From NCBI GenBank assembly GCA_043228905.1, contig JBHGNT010000001.1, positions 9,672,001-9,736,000 on the forward strand: a stretch of 64,000 nt of DNA, read 5' to 3'. Each line of letters starts with the position of its first letter. The stretch's first letter is position 1. The notes under the pieces were generated by a model. The model saw only the letters and a program-made list of their open reading frames with translations. It was not told where the DNA came from and made no database searches. This DNA comes from Azolla caroliniana. Its lineage: Eukaryota; Plantae; Polypodiophyta. The position numbers and the translations under genes are program-made. Below, piece after piece: positions 39,901 to 50,580 of this stretch.

Positions 39901-42503
39901 CCGCAAAGGACGCAAATTGGCGTGCCGCTATGGATGAAGAAATGCGGGCACTCGATGCCAACGAAACTTGGGACCTAGTTGATCCTCCCCGTCACTGTAA
40001 ACCGATCGGATGCAAGTGGGTGTACAAGGTCAAGTACAACGCCGACGGTTCTGTTAACCGGTACAAAGCCCGGTTAGTGGCGAAGGGATATGCGCAAACC
40101 CACAGAATCGACTACGACGAGACCTTCGCTCCTCTGGCGAAGATGACGACAGTTCGTGTGGTACTGGCGGTTGTTGCGGCAAGGGGGTGGCATCTTCACC
40201 AGATGGATGTGAAGAACGTCTTCCTTCAAGGAGAGCTTGAAGAAGAAGTCTTTATGACTCAGCCCCCCGGATTTCAATCGGAGATGACCAAGTCGGCGGT
40301 ATGCCGACTGAAGAAGTCGCTTTACGGCTTGAAGCAAGCCCCCCGAGCTTGGAACGCGAAGATCACGCACCGGTTGCGTAAGCTGGGGTTTGCTGTCTCT
40401 AAGTCGGACTCTTCGTTGTTCATCCGGCAAGGCTCTAACGGTCCGGTATGTATACTCTTGTATGTGGATGATTTAGTCATCACCGGACCGGGTCTTCCCG
40501 AAATCAACCGCGTCAAGTCCCAGTTGTCGGACGCATTCGAAATGAAGGACCTGGGGGACCTTCATTATTTTCTTGGGATCGAAGTGATCCGGACCCCCGA
40601 CGGCATATTGCTCTCACAACGACATTACGTGTTGAATATGTTGTATAAGTTCGGCATGACGGATTGCCGACCTGTCTCCACACCCCTGGACCGGAACCAG
40701 AAGCTCCGTCCCAACGCCGGACCGGCCTGCAATGAGAAACGGTTCCGACAGGCTGTCGGAAGCCTGATCTACTTAACCATCACCCGACCCGACATCAGCT
40801 ATCCGATCGGCATGGTAAGCCAGTTCATGCAGAAGCCGACCATGGAGCACCTTCAGTGCGCGCAACGAATATTACGGTATGTCAACGGCACTAAGGACCA
40901 GGGTCTGCTATATCGGCGAGGTATACCCGAAGAGCTTGTCGGTTACACAGATGCTGACTGGGCCGGCGATGCGTCTGATCGCCGCTCCACTTCCGGATAC
41001 ATGTTCTCAATAGGTAGCGCGGTCGTTGCGTGGAGCAACAAGAAGCAGCCCACAGTGGCTTTGTCAAGCACTGAGGCTGAGTACCGGGCCGCTACCGTTG
41101 CCACTTGTGAAGCCATCTGGCTTCGGCGACTGCTGCGAGACTTGCGGATCGAGGTACCGACATGAGTAGCCTGCAGCTCGCCAGGAACCCTGTGTTCCAT
41201 GCTCGCACAAAGCACATCGAGGTGCACTACCACTTCGTGCGTGAGCGGGTCCTAAGCGGTGAAGTTGACTTACGGTATGTTCATACGGATCGGCAAGTTG
41301 CCGACATCTTCACCAAGCCACTCGGATCGGACAAGTTGCAGCACTTTACCGACATGCTTGGTATTCAGCATCTCGACGTGCCGCACTTGAGGGGGAGAAG
41401 CAAGGGCAAAGTCTCTACCGAAACGGGCAAAGGCCAAAAAACTGTTGAACCCGTCGGTAAGAGGAGAGCCGGAAGAAGAGGAGACAAGAAGATGAAGGAA
41501 GCCGAGTCGACGAAGGAAGTCGACACATCCGAACAGGTCGGAGCAAGCGGCTGTGAAGAAGAGTTGTGCACTCAGGAAGATAAGCGCATGCTGTGCGGAG
41601 GTCATCACGACGGTACTGACCATGATACAGAGTCGAATGAAGAATTCGATTTCGGTTCACCGGCTGAAGAAGCTGAGGGAAGCATGGAGAAGGCCAAGAC
41701 TCGGAAGTGGTCCGATGTGGTGAGAGGCCTGAAGCCAGAAGTCGATTCGGAGTGTACCGATTCGGACAAGAGCTGGAACGAGTCGGAGATAGCTGACTCG
41801 GATCAACAGATGGATCTGGATGAGTCGGATCGACTGAAGTCCAAGGGGACACGGACACAGCGGAAGTCGATGCCATCGTGGGAGAACCGACGGATCGGCA
41901 AGCGCCGGAGTCACAGCAACGTGAGTGCTAAGATGGGCCTATTGAGCAGACATGCCGACCGAGAGGGTCGAGGCGCGCAGAACCAAAGGGGTCGCGGCAA
42001 ATGGGACCGGACCGGACGAGGAGCGCGAGCAAGGCGGAGTGACGCCAGGAGAAGTCGGTTGGAAGAACCGACTGCCACAGAGGTCGACACTACGACCCCA
42101 CCTCAGGTTGAGCTTGAGGGGGAGTGTTGAGCGGCAAGCTCAACCGGAGCCGGATCGGCTGAATAAACCGGAGCCGGTAAGCGAGACGGATTGGTATGAC
42201 GGTGAGCAACCGAACCGGCAAGCAGTGGAGGCCGGGTGCAATCCGTAACCGGCAGTCCAATCGGAAGCCTAGTACAGGATAGACTACTAGGTAGCTATAG
42301 TCTCGTAGTAAGTGTCAGATGCTCGTGTGAGCATTGAAGTACATGGTACTTCTGTTAGTCCCAAGAGGACTTGTATAAATAGTGCTACTTAGCACAGTGT
42401 ATATACAGAGTCTTGATATAATTTTGAAATTACGTTCTGCTGTCTCTCTCTCTCTCTGTGTGTTGTTCTCTGTTTTACGCTTCCGCAAACACTCGCGTTC
42501 ACA
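36590..42503 (+). mobile_element. Element F: near-intact Ty1/copia retrotransposon related to E
   Basis: LTRs at 36590-37018 and 42125-42503. TSD TCATT at 36585-36589 and 42504-42508. tRNA-iMet PBS at 37019-37030. PPT at 42116-42124. Confidence 0.96.
37113..42130 (+). pseudogene. Element F gag-PR-INT-RT-RH polyprotein with a stop at 38940-38942 and a small deletion/frameshift near 41160
   Basis: ORFs 37113-38942, 39015-41165 and 41162-42130 carry [51 protein letters not shown] and ADIFTKPL. Confidence 0.93.
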
Positions 42504-42766
42504 TCATTCCTAAGAGACTAAGCTTATCTCATCGCTTTCTGATAAGCTACTTGAGCAAGCTCCATCTTCTCCACAAACTTTGCCTGCATTTCATTGTATC
42601 TCTGTCGCAAATGCTAAGCCTTCTTCACTTTTAGCTATGTTTCAACATCCTTTTGGCCAATCCAGAAAGCAATCCCTTTCAAAGCGCTCTTCATGATCAG
42701 ATGTGGCGGAACACCAGCCATGGCCATGTTAATCCACTCATCACTCAGGTTCAAATCAATGGGTTG

Positions 42767-43018
42767 AAAGAGAAGAGGAAGTAAAGAGTGAGCTTGCACG
42801 CCGCATAGACAAACAATACCAACACTCAATTGCAGAGGTTCACAGGTGGAAGAAAGGAAATTTAGAAGAGAAGCGGATGCTAAAAAGGGAGAAGCTTTGG
42901 CTCGAGAAGAATGTGAGCGTCAAGTGAAATTGAGAGCTGAAGTAGAGGCCAAAACAATAGAGGATGTAAAATTGGTTGTTGATGTTGAAAAGAGAAGACT
43001 TCATCAATATGAGGCCTA
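42767..43018 (+). pseudogene. GLE1: Captured GLE1-like coiled-coil fragment
   Basis: Reads EEEVKSELARRIDKQYQHSIAE, then after a frameshift/deletion QVEERKFRREADAKKGEALAREECERQVKLRAEVE. This resembles plant GLE1 ERKLDLQYQRKVAEA...SQIEERKIR as recalled from memory. Confidence 0.6.
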
Positions 43019-44210
43019 AGCAATATCGAGATAGAGGGCCTGATATCCATCATGGAGATGCGAATTGCCGCCGCCACAATCGTCGTCATCGTTGCCATCG
43101 CCGCCGCCCGCTAGAATTGAAAGGCTAGAATACAAATTTCAAAAATCAAAGAAAGAGAAAAGAGAAAGGGGCAAAGAGAAAATTTTCAAAAACATAACAG
43201 CATTATCACAATTGTAAGAACCGGAGGGCAAAAGATAAAATTATAAAAGCTCAAGGGTATAAGGGCAGAGAAGATGAAATTTCAAAAGCTCAAGGGCATG
43301 ACATGAGATTTCAAATTTTGGAGGGCAGAATGCAGAATTTCGAAAACACAAGGGCCGAAAATAAATTTTAAAAAAATTTGAGGGTAAAAATTTTAAAGAC
43401 CAAAGGATAAAAAATATAAAACTCACTTCACATGATGAAAGGAAGAATACACAAATGCACAACATGATTTCACAACCCATGCCACATTGAACTAGCCGAT
43501 TGGTGTATGATCCAATCGCGACTTGTGCTGACCGAACGAGAAGGTTCGAGTCAAGCAAAGCTCCAATCGAAGTTATCGATCGTAGAGCAGTGATCCAGTC
43601 GAGGGATTTCCGACCGTTGAGACGACCGATGGAGTTCCGGTGGAGAAGAGTTGCCATGGCTAGTGGGTTCACCGTGCAATGCACTGTCCCACAGGCGTGC
43701 CATGTGTTACCCATAAGAATATACGGGGAGGCATAAGGGTATGTGTAATGATATGGTTGATGTGTATGTGTAAAGTAAATGAGTGTGTGAGGATGAGTAT
43801 GTGTATGGACACATGCACAATTATGTGCATGTGTACAAGAATGTGTAACAGTCTTATTTATAACGGTCATGTAACCGTTACATTAGATGTATTATATATA
43901 AACCCCCTATGGGGTATGTAATGAAATATACATTTTTCCCCTCTCATTTTGTGTCACTTTCAATTTGTCTTTCTCTTTAGCTCTCTCACTATCGTAACCC
44001 CCTTGGGAGGGGGGTGAAGCCATTCTAGGTTTCACCCCCACCCCCAACAACAGTTCTGACAGCCGAAGAAATCTCATACCGGATATAAAGAACGTGCATC
44101 TTGACAAATGCACTGATTGCTTGGCCGACAAGCAGAACAAAGCCTCCTTGAGTCCCAGGTCTCCGATGGGGAGGAAGATGTGGTTGGAAGTCATGCATAC
44201 AGACGTAATA

Positions 44211-45075
44211 CACCGGGTCATTTAAAACAGGTAATGTGTCACATTTTAAGAACTCTATGTCCAAAATAGGCATAAAATACGTCATTTCACAAAAATGGGT
44301 GCCACATGCGTAAAGGTAGTTAAAAATGACCAAAAATATGTTGATTTTTAGCAATGTCAAAAACTTTAAGGCTTTCAAAAAATGCCTAAATAATAGACAC
44401 ACCAAACTTACAAAAGGATGTACAAAATTTACAAATGGACTCGGCCATCATTTATAGATATTTGTAAATTGACATTTTGAAGTAAGATACAATATGCATA
44501 ATTCATGTATCGGAACATTCACTTCCCAAAGATATGCCATCATTCTCATACTCATTTGATGAGGTGGAAGAGCTTTGTGAGGTCTCATCCTCTTCATCAC
44601 TTGCAATCAATGCATTATCTTCATCCAAATGCAATCCAACCTCGCTATGATTATGAGACATACTCCTTGTTCATCTTAGTGTCGTGTTTGGACCCACATT
44701 TGGGATCTTCTCTTTTAATATCTTAATTGTGGTCTTCCTAAGATGGCATGCCTTGGTTAACGAGAAGTCATACACCAATATATCTAAGTTATCCAATGTG
44801 AGAGTAGACATGCTCGGTAGATTCTTTCATCTTCGCTTTCTACTCCTACTTCCGACATCCTTCACCATCTCTCTAAAGAGTTCTTTCTAGTAAATGCATC
44901 AGGGGAAAAGGTGTGATACAAATGAACCATGATGGACTTAACTTGGTATCCTTGTCCATCCTTCATTATTTCTAGAATTTTAGCAATCCAAAAAGGATGG
45001 CCCAACTCATCATTGTTAGCTAATGTTGCAACCAACATTCCAACTTGTAGCTCATGCAAACTACCTTGTCATCTT
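44211..45075 (-). mobile_element. Probable DNA-transposon remnant truncating copia C
   Basis: Copia homology stops abruptly at ~44210 and is followed by AT-rich terminal-like sequence. A decayed ORF reads LQVGMLVATLA...HPFWIAKILEI...VHLY. Family not identified. Confidence 0.35.
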
Positions 45076-47355
45076 TGTTACGAAGGCATTGCGGCTCTTC
45101 TGTGTGCACAACGGATCGTGATGTGCTGGATCATTTAGTGCTCAAGACAGAAGGGGAAGGGGAAGGATACTTACCTTTGCACAGTCCAAAAAGCTTCTAC
45201 TTCATTACACGCAGAGCTCAACTTGCTCTCGTCTGTTTTCTGTTTTTCTGTTCTTACTCTCTCTGCACTACTCTCACTCTTACTACTTCTACTTTTCTAC
45301 TTACTACTTACTACTTACCTAAGTACATAAGTGACTTGTATATGTAGCTAATTAGCTACCAATAGTTAAATAGCTGTCAGTAGCTAAATAGTTGTGCATA
45401 ACTAAATAGTTGTGCATAACTAAATAGTTGTTTCACCTTTATGTCCACTAGTAGCTAATTAGCTAATTGCTACTATAGCTTATTTCTGAATAAGCATCGC
45501 ATAGCTTTGTTGAACTTGCTTCTCAACACTCTCCCTCAAGCTCAACTTATCCTTTCTTGAGGTCATCTTCAATCTTCTTTTCTTCATGCTTTTCAGCTAC
45601 CATGTCGATGGTTATAACTCCCATCATGTCTCTAAACTATGTATGTTTTTCCATGCTCAATCCCTTCGTAAGAATATCAGCCACTTGCTGATTTGTACTT
45701 ACATACAGCAGATCCACTTCTCCATCAATCATTTTTTCTCTAACAAAGTGATAATGCACTTTAATGTGCTTTGTTATTGCATGGAACACTGGGTTTTTTG
45801 CCAACTGAATGTTGCTCATATTGTCACACCAAATTGTGACAACGCCATCTATATATTCTCCCAAATCAGAAAGCAATCTTCTGATCCATACCTCTTCACA
45901 GGTAGCTATTGCAGCTCCTCTATACTCAGCTTCAGTACTTGACAATGCAACAGTTGTTTGTTTCTTGCTACTCCATGAAATAGCCACACTTCCCAATGTA
46001 AACATATATCCACTTGTGGATCTTCTGTCAGTTTGGCTTCCAGCCCAATCAGCATCTGTATATCCTTCCAGTTTTATGTCCAGATCATCCCTATAAAACA
46101 ATCCATAATTTTGAGTAGCTTTTACATACCTCAAAATTCTTCTTATGCAGTCCAAATGTGGCTTTGTTGGCTATTGCATAAACTAGCTGACTAATCCAAC
46201 AACATAACTCAAATCAGGTCTTGTTTTGGTCAAATATATGAGGTTGCCCATCATAGACCTGTACATGTTTACATCTTCTATTTTGGATCCCAAATCAGCC
46301 CTCAATTTGCAGTTCTTATCTAGTGGTATACCAATAGGTTTGCATCCAAGCATACCATACTTCTTCAACATAGTTGTTGCATATTGTTTTTGCAACATAT
46401 ATATACCACTCTCAGATCTGATAATCTCAATGCCAAGAAAGTATCTCAGATCTCCCAAATCCTTCATCTGAAATTGCATTTCCAGATTTTTCTTCAACTT
46501 ACTTATCTCTTCCATAGAATCACCTCCAATGATTAGATCATCAACATATATCAAGATCACAACAATGCAATCATTTATCTTCTTTACATATAATGATGGA
46601 TCAGCCTTTGACATTTTGAAAGCAAATTTTTTCAGAGATTCTGAAAGTTCCCTGTGCCATGCTCTCGGTGCTTGTTTCAGTCCATAGAGAGCCTTTTTCA
46701 GCCTACATACATATTCAGGATGCTTCCTATCTTCAAAACCTGGTGGTTGACACATATACACTTCTTCTTCTAAGTTACCATGTAAAAAAACATTTTTTAC
46801 ATCCATATGGTGCAGAACCCATCTTTTGGCTGCACTCACAGCAAGTAGTGTTCTCAAGGTTGCCATCTTTGCAACCAGTGCAAATGTTTCATCGTAATCA
46901 ATTCCTTGCATTTGGGCATATCCCTTTGCAACAAGTCTTGCCTTATGTCTACTAACATTTCCATTAGAATCATGCTTTGTCTTGTAGACCCATTTGCAAC
47001 CTACCGCATTTTTTCCTTTTGGTAACTTCACTAAATCCCATGTTCTGTTTTTAGGCAATGCATCAATCTCTTCTTGCATTGCATTCACCCATTTTTTCTC
47101 AACTTTTGCTTCATCAAAGTTGTTTGGATCAAGGATTTGTACCACTTTAGACATGTATGCATAATGCATAGCCATATATGTGTCATAGCCAAATCTTTCA
47201 ACGGTCTTTTTCTCTCTATATGATCTTCTCAGTTTCTGATTTGCATCCTTCATTGCCCTTTCCATACCATGGATTTTCAGAGATCCTATACCAAGCTCAT
47301 CATCCAATGATGTATCTGAATCTACATCTTCCATGTTTCTAGATTGACCTCTTCT
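45076..47355 (-). mobile_element. Element I: 5'-truncated Ty1/copia (RT-RNase H plus 3' LTR ~45076-45528)
   Basis: ORFs 46183-47334 (KARLVAKGY, YVDDL) and 45637-46155 ([16 protein letters not shown]). PPT at 45537-45529. The LTR starts TGTTGAG at 45528; its far end is uncertain. Confidence 0.88.
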
Positions 47356-50300
47356 TTATGTAATGTGCCTCACCCCTTACTACTCTAAAAGGGAGTGAGG
47401 GGCCATTTTTGAGGGGCTTCCACTTTTTTGGTTTCTTTGGGTTGCCATTAAGGTTTCGGAATTTTGGGTTTTAGGATCTCGTTTTAGGGGTTTCATTCAT
47501 CATCATCATCATCTTCTTCTTCTTCTTCTTCTTCTTCTTCTTCTTCTTCTTCTTCTTCTTTTCCCCTATCTGGGTAGGGTTTCATCAAGAGGGTTTACAT
47601 TCGGCCTACACGGCCACGGTTGTAATTGGTGTGGTGCTTTCCATAATGTATCTTGTCTTGTTTAGATCTTATTCTCTTGAATCTTAATCTTTCTCTTCCT
47701 TCTCGGTTGAACTCCCAAGCTTCTCTCCCTCCTCTTACTCCCTAGTCCAAGACCCCCGTGGTCCCATCCTATCCGACACGCACGTGAAGATTTCCGGCGA
47801 CAATGAGAAAACCAGGTGGAACAAGTGAAGTCGATGATGTGCAACATGTGGACATGTACACTACAAAATGTATATAGAAATAAAAGGGGAAAGTGAAGGG
47901 TGCAAAAGGCCACCGATAGAATTAATGAGCAAAATAAGTGTGATGTGTATAGTGGTCTACATCCACACGTATAGAGTAGTGGGGAGGTGTTAGAGTGAGG
48001 GGGATTAAATGGACTTCTCCCATCAGTACTCCTGGTATCGAGGCAAATATCTCCTCGAAAAGTAGGAATATTTGACCGATTTATAATGTACCTCCCTCCT
48101 TAAGCTATAAAAGGAGTGAGGGGTCTCTGGTAAAGGGGTTCCCCAGTTTTGCTAGTTCCCCATTTTTGAGTATGTTACCCAGTTTGTTGTTCGTTTTTTT
48201 TTGTTTCTCAGGATTTGGGGTTCCATTTTTGTTAGGGTTTTGTTCAGCTAGAGCTTGCATGATCTGAGGGTTCTGGTTCTGCACTATCTTCTACGCAAGG
48301 ACTCCATTCGGCCCGGTGAGCCCGAGAGCTCCCCAACTAGAGACTTGTCGGCAGAAGGTCGTTGTAGTCTAGTCTTGTTGCTCCATCTCGAAGTCGGAGT
48401 TGTATTATATTATTTATGTATGTAAGTATATACAAAGGGTTGTCTATATCTGTCAGTGTCAGTGTCAGTGTCGAATGTGTGTTTTTCTTTCTTTCCGGTT
48501 TTTGTAAATAGGAAGCGTGTGTTGTGTAAGTGTTGCATGCGTGTTTTCTATCTCTTTCGTTCGACTACGTCCATTATGTATCCGGAAATGCTCCGGTCGG
48601 TGCCACAACCAGTGTAACCGGTACCGTGAAGCTCGATCTCACGATGTCATCTCTTCCTAGTCTGAGACCCCGGTGGTCCCGTCCCGTTTCAACACATACT
48701 TGCGGATTATTGCGACATCTTTGGTGAACCCGACATGAAAGGGTGGCAAGGGAGGATGGAGATGGAAGACGATGACTTCGCGGAGATAATGGCAAAGGTA
48801 GTGATGGAGTTCGGACAAGTGATGATGAGACGAGAAGTGGTGCAATAAGATGTCGAGAGTGTGGGTCGAGTCGGCCAATTCAACGAGGACAAAGTTCCAT
48901 TCTATTTGGAAGCCTACAACACTGGAATGGCGACGCGAAATGTAGATGAGGCATTGAGGCTGGAATTTTTCTGTCAAGTGGTAGTTGTCCAAATGCATGT
49001 GAAGGTACAGGAGCTCCGAGAAGCTCATAGTTCATGGGAGGCCTTCGAAGAGGCGCTCTTCGAGGCATACGGAGGGAGGCCAAAAGGACGGGGCCGGCGC
49101 GCTTCGACCAGTGGGTACCGTCAATGAAGACCCACCGGAGCGCAACAAAGGAATTACTGGAGTTCGAGCGGCCATTTGCTCGGCTCCCGAAGTAGGAACA
49201 AAGACTGGTGGGGGTGGATAAAGTCCTGTTCTTCGTAAAGTCGATTGACCGGAAGGAACGGATGAACATCGGGCTCAAGCTTGAAGATGACGACGGAGCG
49301 AATGGCCTCACCGAAGACTAGTTGGAAGTCAAAAGGGTGTGTAGGCGGTTGGATAAGGAGCATTCGAGACCTTTACCGGCCACAACCCGGCCCATGAACG
49401 ATCAAATGAGGATGACACGTGACGGCATGCCATCACAATAGGGAGTGTGCGCGCAGCAGGACAGATCGATGATGTTCAACGTCGAAGCCTTGGTTCAAGA
49501 AGCATACGAGGCCCGAAAGGAGAAAATCGAAGAAGAAGAAAGATCCAGCACGCGGTCGGATTCGGGAGATTCAGAGTCAGTCGGCTTATTGGACACAATG
49601 GACAAGGCCTATGTGGAGGCAAAAGGATGGTACGACAGTACCACGAGAGAGGGTGTGGAGCAGGCCACCCTCTCGACTTGCGGAGAAAGATCGATTGAGG
49701 ATAAGGTCGGGAACGGTGAGACGACGATTGTCGATTCGGAAGCAGATGGGTGTTTCCGGACACGATTTTTCGAATCATCGAACGAAAGTGAAGCAAGAAC
49801 AATCGAAGCTTGCGCGATTGGGGATGTAGAGGAAGAGATAGCCAAGGACAATGATGTCCAGATGGACGTGCCTATGGACAAGCCGTCAAGAGACAAGACA
49901 TTCTCCACACCGGATTCAGAGACTTCATCGATTGGGCCCGTGAGCCGACATGAGGCTGAGGAGATGGAAGGTCGTGGCGGGAATGGAAAGAATTGTGATG
50001 ACGGCGAGACAAAGGATGAACATAGGGGTCTCCCCACATAGGTTCCGGAGACTTTAGCAATTGGGCCCGAGAGCCGACATGAGACCAGGGAGATGGAAGG
50101 TGGCGGTGGGAAACCGAAGAACGGCGATGCGAAGAAGGACGGACAGAACGGTTCCTCCACACCTACACCGGAGACTTTTGTAGTTAGGGTCAAGAGCCGA
50201 CGTGAGACCGAAGAGATGGGAGGTGGAAGGAAGGATGAGGCCGGCGAAGTGGCCAAGGAAGAAACCACAACGGGTGCGAACGGGAGAGTTGGTAACTGAT

Positions 50301-50580
50301 CTAGAGAGGAGACCGATCGGCCGAAACGGACTTGGCCACAAGTCGACCAGACCGATGACCGACTATGCAAGGAGGCGATCGGCCGAGACTGATCCAAGCA
50401 GAAGACGAGTCGGCCCAGTCGGAGGTTGACGCAACAAGGGCTAGTGAGCCTAGAGGAGACCTGGCATGATGCCAACGAACGTGGCGGAGAAGAAGAGCCC
50501 TCCACACCGATACCAGAGACTTCAACAGTCGAGCCCTTGTGTTGACGTGAGACTAGAGAGATGGAAGGTGGCGGCGAGGA
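47356..50580 (+). mobile_element. Element H: 3'-truncated Gag-only element of the G family, preceded by a partial extra LTR
   Basis: Partial LTR at ~47356-47802 is fused to an LTR ending TGCGACA at 48717. tRNA-Trp PBS TGGTGAACCCGACATGA at 48722-48738. Decayed gag from 48757 (MEMEDDDFAEI...GQFNEDKVPFYLEAY), then acidic repeats (TPDSETSSIGPVSRHE). No 3' LTR seen. Confidence 0.82.

Larger units (their letters stand above)
26265..42769 (-). pseudogene. HEI10: Captured intron-free HEI10 (CCNB1IP1-like) fragment lacking the RING domain; pieces 42769-42504, 36589-36227 and 26458-~26265 (C-terminus and 3' UTR)
   Basis: Reads QPIDLNLSDEWINMAMAGVPPHLIMKSALKGIAFWIGQKDVET*LKVKKA*HLRQRYNEMQAKFVEKMELAQVAYQK. 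It continues in frame across copia F as LRNEYDKLKQSTIQ. The C-terminal motif NALQ-LLLSPMKRP is at 36296-36251, and a stop at 26434-26432 appears after removing copia E. Confidence 0.88.
25335..44052. mobile_element. Element D: non-autonomous LTR retroelement carrying captured host gene fragments, with copias E and F nested inside
   Basis: LTRs at 25335-25680 and 43705-44052 (TGTTAC...CAACA). TSD GTTCT at 25330-25334 and 44053-44057. No gag or pol in the ~2.3 kb of its own interior. tRNA-Arg-like PBS TGGCACGCCTGTGGGAC on the minus strand at 43702-43686. Confidence 0.92.
24917..44061 (+). mobile_element. Solo LTR L of the element A chromovirus family (24917-25334 plus 44058-44061), split 4 bp from its end by element D
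   Basis: Shares the TTCTAGAA array, TATAAATA, and AATTCGAATCAACAC with the element A LTR. Its terminus GGTTCT-GACA is completed after D. The flanks GTTAG/GCCGA differ only by transitions (degenerate TSD). Confidence 0.82.
22351..44210 (+). mobile_element. Element C: old, degenerate Ty1/copia element and host of the nest; pieces ~22351-23420, 24275-24916 and 44062-~44210; truncated at the start of integrase
   Basis: LTR ends at 22722 (start uncertain). PBS TGGTATCAGAGC (tRNA-iMet) at 22726-22737. gag begins MDEHLGGMFKLTGSNYSVWKSKM. The zinc knuckle TCFYCGKPGH is restored by removing solo LTR J, and LWHKRL...CTDCLADKQ...LEVMHTDV is restored across 24916/44062. Confidence 0.85.

Noticed and set aside
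43686-43702. tRNA-like sequence ending in CCA (also at 33946-33962)
   Set aside because: Only ~17 nt next to an LTR, so a primer-binding site rather than a tRNA gene.
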